From contig CAZYZA010000001.1 of the NCBI GenBank assembly GCA_964651415.1, positions 40,274 to 104,273 on the forward strand: a stretch of DNA of 64,000 bases, given 5' to 3'. This document shows, piece after piece, positions 1-7,227 of the stretch. Below the pieces are notes generated by a model. The model did no database searches. It saw nothing but the letters and a program-made list of their open reading frames with translations, and had not been told where the DNA came from. The position numbers and the translations under genes are program-made. Origin of the DNA: an uncultured Desulfovibrionaceae bacterium (lineage in GTDB: Bacteria > Desulfobacterota > Desulfovibrionia > Desulfovibrionales > Desulfomicrobiaceae). Positions within the stretch are counted from its first letter, which is position 1. Every line of letters begins with the position of its first letter.

Positions 1-2035
1 AGGCCAGAGGCAGGTGATAGGCATCCTGGCCGTGTTCACGCTGAAAAATGGCGTAGAGGCGTTCTTCCGTGGCGGACATGGGATGGAAAAACCGTGGCGC
101 GCCCTTGTCCAGTTCAAAGGCAAATCCACCGGCGCGCAGGGCGTGCACGCTGTGTTTGACCGCGTCCTCAATGTGGCGGATGTCGTCCTCGGTGTGTTCG
201 GTGCACAGGCCGCAGGTTCGACGCTCCCAGGTGTACACCCCCTGTTCCATGAGCAGCAGGAAGAAAAGCGGCAGCTCAATGGGCTGGGCAAAGCTGCTGT
301 ATGGTCCGTAGCTTTCAAAGATGAACTGCGGACCGAAATGCATCATGCGCAGCGGCACGCAATTGTCCTGGAACCACAGATTGAGTCGATCGGCCAGAGC
401 GTCCGCCAGGCGGCTGACCCGATCCTGCAGGCCAGGTCCCTGATCCAGGAGATATCCGGTGGCCGCGACCACGCCTTCCATGCTCAGAGGATGGCGACAG
501 AAGGTTCCGCCGAAAACAATGGTTTTGGCCTCGGCCGGATTGGAGTCATGGCCGAGAAACCCTCCATCGATATAGTCCAGATATTCCCTGCTGCCGGTGA
601 CGATGCCCACGGGCAGGCCGCCGCCCGCGACCTTGCCGTAAAGCGCCATGTCGGCAGTGACGCCGAAATGCTGCTGCGCCCCGCCCGGTGCGGTCCTGAA
701 CCCGTTGACCATCTCGTCGAAGATCAGACAGATGCCCAGCTCCCTGGTGATTCGGCGCAGACGGCGCAAAAAGGTCTGGGGCTGGAGCCCCGGCTTGCGG
801 CTCTGCACCGGCTCCACGAGCACGGCGGCCACGTCGCGTCCGCGCTGGCGGAGCATTTCCAGGGCTGACTCCGCGTTGTAATCAAGCACCAGGACATCTT
901 TGACCATGCCCGGGGGAGTACCGGGCGAGTAGGTGCCGGTGACCCCGTTTTCCGATGCGGCCAGCACGCCGTCAAAGGTGCCGTGATAGGCCCCGTTGAA
1001 CAGGGCGACCAGTGGCCGACCGGTTTTGGCCCTGGCCAGACGCAGGGCGAACATGACCGCTTCCGATCCGGTGTTGCAGAACGAAACCCGCTCCATGCCC
1101 GTCAACCGGCTGATGCGTCGGGCCGCTTCAGCCGTCAGGTCGCACTGGGGACCGAGGCCAAAGCCCCGATCCAGCCGTTTGCGCAGCGCCTCCACCACAT
1201 AGGGGGGATTATGCCCGAGAAAATGCACGCCCATGCCCAGGGCGATGTCGATGTACTCGTTGCCGTCCACATCACGGAAGCGGCCGCCATAGGTGGTGTC
1301 GGCCACCAGGGGATAGGCGGTGTCGGCCAGTTCCGGTCGGTAGGACAGGCTGGATTTCCAATCGGCCAGGGTGTCCGTGTCGCGGCCGAGTTTGCGGGAG
1401 CCAGGGGTGCGGGCCGTATGGCGCGCGACCAGACTACTGACAAAGGCCTGCTGCTCTGAGTCAAGGGGTGTTGGCTCAAAGACAAATCCCCGCAGGTTTC
1501 GTTCCAACCGAACGGGCTCGGTTTCAGGGGCGGCGGTGGACGGCAAAACAGAATGCGACGCGGCCGGAGTCGCTCCCATGGCCCGCAGTTGTGCGGCGAA
1601 AAGATCCTGCATGGTCCGCAGTTGCGTCTCGAAAAGCGCGGCCAGGTCCGGGTGTGGTCCTTGTTTTTTGCTCCGCGTTTCAGGCCGGGACGGTTGCGGG
1701 GCCTGGATGGCCACGGTGGTCTGCTCTGCCTCGGCCGTTTCAGGGCGGGAGGGAAAAGGCTGGGCGTGTTTGGGTCGTTCGGCCAGGACGTGCCGGGCCA
1801 GATCCGACATGGACGGCATGGTCGTCAGGAACCAGCGGGCCTCCAGACTGACCTCGAAACGGCGTTCAATTTCCTGGGCCAGGCGAATGATCATCAGGGA
1901 ATCGAGGCCCAATTCCAGGATATTGACATCCGGATCCAGTTCGTCAGGTTTAAGTCCGAGCGTGGTCTGGGCCAGGCCGATGATGGTCTGCAGGATGTCG
2001 TGCATATCGAGATGTCCGGATGAGGTTGGAATCAT
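1..2035 (-). CDS. Hybrid PKS/NRPS protein, N-terminal part: carrier protein (ACP) - class III PLP aminotransferase - start of a condensation domain; 3' end lies beyond the left window edge
   Basis: Not in the ORF track because there is no stop in the window. My own reverse-strand translation from the ATG at 2035 gives MIPTSSGHLDMHDILQTIIGLAQTTLGLKPDELDPDVNILELGLDSLMIIRLAQEIERRF (carrier, LGLDSL Ser). It continues ...DGNEYIDIALGMGVHFLGHNPPYVVEAL...SFCNTGSEAVMFALRLARAKTGR...LIFDEMVNGFR...DMALYGKVAGGGLPVG (PLP-Lys codon at 632-634). At the edge it reads ...HPMSATEERLYAIFQREHGQDAYHLPLA, a C1-like condensation motif. The frame is open over all ~678 codons that I read. Confidence 0.8.
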   Translation of the reverse strand, partial: MIPTSSGHLDMHDILQTIIGLAQTTLGLKPDELDPDVNILELGLDSLMIIRLAQEIERRFEVSLEARWFLTTMPSMSDLARHVLAERPKHAQPFPSRPETAEAEQTTVAIQAPQPSRPETRSKKQGPHPDLAALFETQLRTMQDLFAAQLRAMGATPAASHSVLPSTAAPETEPVRLERNLRGFVFEPTPLDSEQQAFVSSLVARHTARTPGSRKLGRDTDTLADWKSSLSYRPELADTAYPLVADTTYGGRFRDVDGNEYIDIALGMGVHFLGHNPPYVVEALRKRLDRGFGLGPQCDLTAEAARRISRLTGMERVSFCNTGSEAVMFALRLARAKTGRPLVALFNGAYHGTFDGVLAASENGVTGTYSPGTPPGMVKDVLVLDYNAESALEMLRQRGRDVAAVLVEPVQSRKPGLQPQTFLRRLRRITRELGICLIFDEMVNGFRTAPGGAQQHFGVTADMALYGKVAGGGLPVGIVTGSREYLDYIDGGFLGHDSNPAEAKTIVFGGTFCRHPLSMEGVVAATGYLLDQGPGLQDRVSRLADALADRLNLWFQDNCVPLRMMHFGPQFIFESYGPYSSFAQPIELPLFFLLLMEQGVYTWERRTCGLCTEHTEDDIRHIEDAVKHSVHALRAGGFAFELDKGAPRFFHPMSATEERLYAIFQREHGQDAYHLPLA

Positions 2036-2098
2036 GGGAAAAGAGCGGTGTACGCATGGCTCCTGCCCGGCGTGCGCCGGGCAGGAGCGGTTGAGAGA

Positions 2099-5000
2099 CT
2101 AGAAAACGCCGCCGATGGAGAAGCCAAGGATCGTGGTTTCCTGCATGGATGGACCGTCATAGCGCCCGTATTCGAGGTTCAGGCGCAGCCCTGAGGAGGT
2201 GAGCACGTCCAGGGCCGCATTGAGACGCAGCAGATTATCGTCCAGATCAGCTCCCGTGGTCGAGAATCCGAAACCGGGATCGCTGCGCAGAGCGGCGTTG
2301 ACATCCGGTTGGTCGAGCCAGTTCCGCCACCAGGCCGCGCTGAGCCGGGGGGTGACCTCGACGCTTTTCAACATAAAGGTCCGGCTCAGTTCCAGACCGG
2401 CCGTGGTCGCGAGGTAATCGGCGCGCAGGCTGTCCACGGCCAGGGCGCTGTCACCGCCGTCTTCCTTGTATCCGGCGCTGGCCAGGTTCAGGTACGCACC
2501 TTCGACGAAAGGTCTGACCGTCAGATATTCAAAGGCCAGGGCGTGGGACAGGGCGGTGGAGAGGCGGACGTCCTGCATGGTGTAATCGGCGTGATTTTTT
2601 TCGTTCAGAAACGGTACGTTGCGGTCGGACTCCACATCGTGCAATCCCAGGGACAGCTCCGCGCTCCATTCTGTCGGCCCCGATGTCCAGCGCACAAAGG
2701 GACCAAAACGCAAAATCGTGTCTTCCACGTCTCCGCCTTTGGCGTAGTCCAGTTCTTCGGTGCCGTATCCCAGGAAGAGACCGGCCTGCAGGCGGGAATT
2801 CAGATTTCGTCCCAGACCGACGATGGCTCCGCCGCCCCTGGTGTCGTAGTCGTCCCAGGCCTGGCCGGAGGCGTCCTGGGAGCCGAAGTGGCCATGAAAT
2901 GCTCCAAAAGCGAACCACTGATTTTCCGTGGCGGCCGTACTTTTGGTCGCGATGGTTTTGTGCAGGATCTGGGTCTGACGGAGCTGGGCCATGGCCAGAC
3001 CGTTTGGTGCATGGGGCTGAAGTTGGGCCGTATCCTTTTTGACCGTGGAGGACATGTCCAGGTTTTCGATCAGATCGTGACCGCCGGAGGACAGTGCGCC
3101 GCCGACAGCGGCGGCTGCCATGCGGTCCAGGGCCCTGCCCAGACTGTCGTTGGCGGCATTGGCGGTGTAATAGTCCCAGTCCCGACTGCTGGTCAGGATC
3201 ACGTCGCCGCCTGCCTCGGACAGGGCGAAGGTGACGGGTCTGTAGGGGTTTTCGACCAGCGGACTACCGGCATACGTGGCCACGTCGGTCGCGAGCACGT
3301 AGCCGGCGTCACCCAGGACGCCCGTCAATCCCGTTTCAATTCTGGTTGCGGCGTCCAGCACCAGGGTGTCGGCTCCCTGAATGCCGGGCCCGGACGCAAG
3401 GTCCAGAACCAGCATCGCGCCGGTCGCCGTCAGACTGTTGTCTCCCGCTCCCAGGTCGATATTGCCGTGGACCAAGCCTCTGTCGCTGATGACGACGTTG
3501 TCGTTTCCGTCTTCGCCTTTGATGGACAACAATTCGCCGGACACGGCTCCGCCGACGATATTCAGGTTGCTCACGCCGTTTCGCATCCATGCGCCGTAGC
3601 CGCTGCCCGCGACCACGCCGTAGACGTTGGCGGTGGAGTCTTCCAGGCTGATGCCGGCGGTCAGCACTCCGGGCATGCGGGACATGTCGCTGATGTACGC
3701 CCCGGGAGTGTAGCTGACGCCGTCCCAGGGGTTTACGGCCTGGGCCATGACTCTGCCGTACAGATCAAGCACCGCACCGTTTTCCAGGACCGCGCCGTAC
3801 GCGGCGTGGGTTTGTGGGCTGACCGTGGTGAAGTCCGGGGTCATGGAATGAGCGGCGGTGTAGACACCGAGGTTGCCGCTGGCCTCGACCGTGGCCTGAG
3901 CGCCATCAAGACGCAGGGCCGATGACGAACCCAGGGAAAGCAGGGTCCCGGCGATGGTGACCTCCGAGGCTCCGGGCCTGACCTGCACGGCGCTGCCTGC
4001 GCCGCCCTGCATATAGGCCAGGGACTGACCTGCCGTGTGCAGGCTGCCACCGGCTCCCACGGAAATGGCCGATGCACCCTCGCCGTAGGCCGCGACTTCG
4101 CCGTCCAAGTCGAGGGTCGCGCCGGAGCCGACGTGAAAAACGGATGTCCGGGTACCGTAGGCTTCGGCCCGAGCGCCGGCGGCCACGCGTCCGCTCACCC
4201 CGTTGGTCAGGGTCACGGCGGCAGTGTCGGCGGTATCCGTGTAGTAGGTCAGGGTGGGATCGATGGTTTTGCGCATGGGATTGCCACCCAGGGCCAGGAA
4301 AGTCAGATCCATGTACGAGGTCGTCCGGCCGCTTGCATCCACCACGAAGCTGGTGCTCTGCACGGCGTCGGTGATGATCGGATCAAAGGTGAAATAGCCG
4401 CCGTTGGCGCCGGCGGACACCCCGGCCAAACCAGTCAGAACGCCGTCGGCACGGTACAGACGTTCCAGGCCGTGGCAGAGATCCATGAGCAGGGCTTCGG
4501 ATGGAGTGCTTGTCTGCACGCCGTGGGTATCGATGGTGCTCAGACTCAGGGCGTTGACGACCAGACCAAGGCCCAACTGCTGGTACCAGGCCGAAAAGGA
4601 GCTGTACCCGGCGATGCTGCCGCCGTGGCCGATGATGGTCAGAGGTATCTCCGCGTTGGTGAAATCCAGGGTGAAGACATTGTAGCCATACAGGAGCGGC
4701 ATGCCGGCCATGCTGATCAGGGTGCTGTTGGCCAGATCGGTCCGGGCCGCGAACAAGGCGTCCGAAAGGAAAGAAGTTCCGTCGGGCAGGATGTTCGTTT
4801 TCAGGATTTCCAGCCATTTGAGCTGATCTTCCAGGGTGCTGACCACCGCGCCGGAGGTCCAGGGGATGGTCGGGTCCATGTCGGTGATGGTCTGGCCGCT
4901 CTCTTTGCCGGGAATGATTCCGGTCGAATCCGGTGTCATGGCCAGATAGGTATTGGTCAGACCGGCCGGAGCAAGGACCATTTCGTCCAGGATTTCGGCA

Positions 5001-5677
5001 AAAGTTTTGGATGCTCCTGTCTCGGCCGAGTAGGCCGCTTCGCCGATGAGGGACAGGATGATGGCGTTGGTGTTGGAGTAGCTGCCTTGGAACGGGGGCG
5101 AGGGGATCTGCGGGTATCCGGCCAGTCCCAGAGCGGCCAGTTCTTCATGGGTGACCGGCGGCGTGAGCACTCCGTAATTGGCAGCGATCCATTCGTCCCA
5201 GAGGATGGAAGACGATCCGGATCTGGCCCCGCTCATGTAGTTGGGAATGCGCGAGTCCATGTTCAGGAGTTGCTCCACGGTGATACTTTCCGTACCGGCC
5301 GGAAGCTGGGCCAGACCGAGATCCAGGCTGTATTTCTGCTGCAATTCGCCAATGGTGTCGGTCAGTTTGAGATAGCCGCGGTCGATCATGAGCAGGACGA
5401 CGCTGCCGGTGAACATTTTGGATTGGCTGCCAATGCGGAACTGTCCGTTCGGGTCGGCGCCATGGCCGGACAGGGTGATGGCCCCGCTGCCCAGGGTCAG
5501 GCCGACATTGCTGACGATGCCGGTCTGGTCATGGTGATTCCGATGGATGATGTTTGTCAGGTCGGCGGCCAGACCGTTTGCCATGGGATTGGCCGAATAG
5601 TCGGCGGCTGTCGCGGGCAGTGCGGCCGTCCAGACCATGGTGAGGCAGAGCAGGATATGTAGGAAATGTTTCAGCAC
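2099..5677 (-). CDS. Secreted S12 / class-C-beta-lactamase-fold serine hydrolase fused to a Gly-rich passenger and a C-terminal autotransporter (type Va) beta-barrel
   Basis: ORF-track ORF 2099..5776 (1225 aa). The likely true start is the GTG at 5677, preceded by GGAGG (alternative ATG at 5695). This gives the signal peptide LKHFLHILLCLTMVWTAALPATA/ADY. Hydrolase motifs are SxxK (FRIGSQSK, Ser codon ~5426-5428), YxN (GSYSNTN) and HGG (IIGHGGSIAGY). The C-terminal ~280 aa has alternating hydrophobic strands and ends ...ILGFSIGGVF (terminal aromatic), typical of an autotransporter beta-domain. Confidence 0.8.
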   Translation of the reverse strand: MLKHFLHILLCLTMVWTAALPATAADYSANPMANGLAADLTNIIHRNHHDQTGIVSNVGLTLGSGAITLSGHGADPNGQFRIGSQSKMFTGSVVLLMIDRGYLKLTDTIGELQQKYSLDLGLAQLPAGTESITVEQLLNMDSRIPNYMSGARSGSSSILWDEWIAANYGVLTPPVTHEELAALGLAGYPQIPSPPFQGSYSNTNAIILSLIGEAAYSAETGASKTFAEILDEMVLAPAGLTNTYLAMTPDSTGIIPGKESGQTITDMDPTIPWTSGAVVSTLEDQLKWLEILKTNILPDGTSFLSDALFAARTDLANSTLISMAGMPLLYGYNVFTLDFTNAEIPLTIIGHGGSIAGYSSFSAWYQQLGLGLVVNALSLSTIDTHGVQTSTPSEALLMDLCHGLERLYRADGVLTGLAGVSAGANGGYFTFDPIITDAVQSTSFVVDASGRTTSYMDLTFLALGGNPMRKTIDPTLTYYTDTADTAAVTLTNGVSGRVAAGARAEAYGTRTSVFHVGSGATLDLDGEVAAYGEGASAISVGAGGSLHTAGQSLAYMQGGAGSAVQVRPGASEVTIAGTLLSLGSSSALRLDGAQATVEASGNLGVYTAAHSMTPDFTTVSPQTHAAYGAVLENGAVLDLYGRVMAQAVNPWDGVSYTPGAYISDMSRMPGVLTAGISLEDSTANVYGVVAGSGYGAWMRNGVSNLNIVGGAVSGELLSIKGEDGNDNVVISDRGLVHGNIDLGAGDNSLTATGAMLVLDLASGPGIQGADTLVLDAATRIETGLTGVLGDAGYVLATDVATYAGSPLVENPYRPVTFALSEAGGDVILTSSRDWDYYTANAANDSLGRALDRMAAAAVGGALSSGGHDLIENLDMSSTVKKDTAQLQPHAPNGLAMAQLRQTQILHKTIATKSTAATENQWFAFGAFHGHFGSQDASGQAWDDYDTRGGGAIVGLGRNLNSRLQAGLFLGYGTEELDYAKGGDVEDTILRFGPFVRWTSGPTEWSAELSLGLHDVESDRNVPFLNEKNHADYTMQDVRLSTALSHALAFEYLTVRPFVEGAYLNLASAGYKEDGGDSALAVDSLRADYLATTAGLELSRTFMLKSVEVTPRLSAAWWRNWLDQPDVNAALRSDPGFGFSTTGADLDDNLLRLNAALDVLTSSGLRLNLEYGRYDGPSMQETTILGFSIGGVF

Positions 5678-5772
5678 GGTTACCTCCATGAGCATCCGCA
5701 GATCGTCGGGGATTATGCGGCCAGAACGCGAAAAGGCCGCCGGAAAAAGGCCGGCGGCCTCGAAGCGGCAAA

Positions 5773-6444
5773 TCATGTTGCCGGTACTTCAGCCGGTTCG
5801 TCTTTGGTGAACCATCCTTTGACGGTTTTCTTGCTCCCTTCGTAGCCGGATTTGATCTCATCGCCGATTTTTTTCATGTCCAGGGGGTTGAAGCCGGCAC
5901 CGGTGGCGAAGTGGCTGGCGAAGGCGCGGCCCACGGCGTAGGTTGCGGCCGCGTTGGTCAGGGGCAGAGTGGCCAGGGACAACCCCGGACCGACGATAGG
6001 CACATAGCGCATCAGATGCGAAAGTTTGGGGGTGATCAGGGCGGGGAGGATGCCACCGACCAGGGCGGCGGTGATCTGCTTGCCCCATTCGGCCTTGAAG
6101 GGGATGCCGTTGGCTTTGGCCAACTGGTAGATCATTTCGACCTGCAGAGCGGCCAGGGCCGTGGTGTTGAAAAAGGGTACCGGAACCAGCGCGATGGCCA
6201 GCGAGCCGTGAACCCGGTTACGGATAATGATGTCAGTTTCCCTGGTACAAGGTTTGACGGGAGCCGTTTCTTCGGTCTGCAGGTTCAGATCGGTTGCAGG
6301 TGTTTCTTCCACGATTCTCTCTCCGGGTAAAAGGGTTGTGAGGCTCATGGGCGACGCCTCGCCGGGTGAGCATAACGTCTCTGTCGTTTTCCGGCCGCGA
6401 CCGGCTGGTTTACGGTTTTTTGGTCTCTGGTTCGAGTTTGCCAC
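5773..6444 (-). CDS. DUF697-like small membrane protein (YcjF-related fold), function unknown
   Basis: 223-aa ORF with a GTG start at 6444. The first ATG is at 6348 (MSLTTLL...), so the basic N-terminus may not be translated. The core RNRVHGSLAIALVPVPFFNTTALAALQVEMIYQLAKANGIPF...LPLTNAAATYAVGRAF resembles the DUF697 pattern as I remember it. Family assignment needs an HMM search. Confidence 0.5.
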   Translation of the reverse strand: MANSNQRPKNRKPAGRGRKTTETLCSPGEASPMSLTTLLPGERIVEETPATDLNLQTEETAPVKPCTRETDIIIRNRVHGSLAIALVPVPFFNTTALAALQVEMIYQLAKANGIPFKAEWGKQITAALVGGILPALITPKLSHLMRYVPIVGPGLSLATLPLTNAAATYAVGRAFASHFATGAGFNPLDMKKIGDEIKSGYEGSKKTVKGWFTKDEPAEVPAT

Positions 6445-6534
6445 TGTGTACTCCAGGCCGCCGTGTGCGTCCAGCGGTTCCGAAAAATGATGACATGACG
6501 ACAGCCGCCCGCATAACCCTGCACACAGGCATGA

Positions 6535-7227
6535 TCACGACTGCCCGAGCACCTCCCAGAGCAGGGTCTCCAGGGCATCGGGCCGCTCCAGCAGATGAAA
6601 ATGCGAACCGGTCAGCACCTGTACGGTGCAGTCGGCCGTGGTGTGTCGACGCCATACTTCCATGTCCTCCCTGTCCACGATGTCCGCATGACCGCAGATG
6701 GCCGTGACCGGGGCGTCGATGGCCGGCAGGGTCGGCGGGGAGTAGTTCAGGACAGCGCCGAGGTCGGCCCGCAGAACCGGGGCGAAGAGCGTCATGAGTT
6801 CCGGGCTGGCCGCGATCTGATCCGGCATGCCGCCAAAATAGGTCGAGCTTTCGCGCCACAATTCCCGGTCCCCGAGTGAGGGGAATTGCGGTGGAATATG
6901 GTGCCGACCCGGTGTGCAGGTGCTCGATATGACGACATGGGCCGGGGTTATGGACATCTCATCCAGATGTGCGGCCAGGGCGTGGGCCAGGATGCCGCCC
7001 ATGCTGTGTCCGAACAGGGCGAAGGGGTCGCACTTGACCGAGGCGCGAAGTATCCGCCCCAGGTCGTCGACCATATCGTCGATGTTCCGGAGCAGCGCTT
7101 CGCCCATGCGCCGACCATGGCCGGGCAGATCAAGGGGAACGAGTTCGTGTGACCGTCCGAGGCCGGAGAAAAGGGGGACGTAGGCGGCGGGGCTGCCGCC
7201 GGCATGGCCAAGAAGAAACAGCTTCAT
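6535..7227 (-). CDS. Type II (editing) thioesterase, alpha/beta hydrolase
   Basis: MKLFLLGHAGGSPAAYVPLFSGL..., nucleophile elbow GHSMGG, and C-terminal ...VLTGSHFHLLERP. The ATG at 7227 overlaps the upstream PKS stop (ATGA, 7224-7227). The longer ORF-track start at 7428 lies inside the PKS gene. Confidence 0.85.
   Translation of the reverse strand: MKLFLLGHAGGSPAAYVPLFSGLGRSHELVPLDLPGHGRRMGEALLRNIDDMVDDLGRILRASVKCDPFALFGHSMGGILAHALAAHLDEMSITPAHVVISSTCTPGRHHIPPQFPSLGDRELWRESSTYFGGMPDQIAASPELMTLFAPVLRADLGAVLNYSPPTLPAIDAPVTAICGHADIVDREDMEVWRRHTTADCTVQVLTGSHFHLLERPDALETLLWEVLGQS

Noticed and set aside
14-868. 284-aa plus-strand ORF at the left edge.
   Set aside because: It lies antisense to the aminotransferase domain of the minus-strand PKS/NRPS gene, which has clear PLP-enzyme motifs. 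The composition is Ala/Gly/Arg-rich with no recognisable motif, as is typical of shadow ORFs in high-GC DNA.
5678-5776. A 33-codon N-terminal extension of the autotransporter ORF that overlaps the DUF697 gene.
   Set aside because: A GGAGG-GTG (5677) start gives a textbook signal peptide. The extension (MICRFEAAGLFPAAFSRSGR...) would bury that signal peptide.
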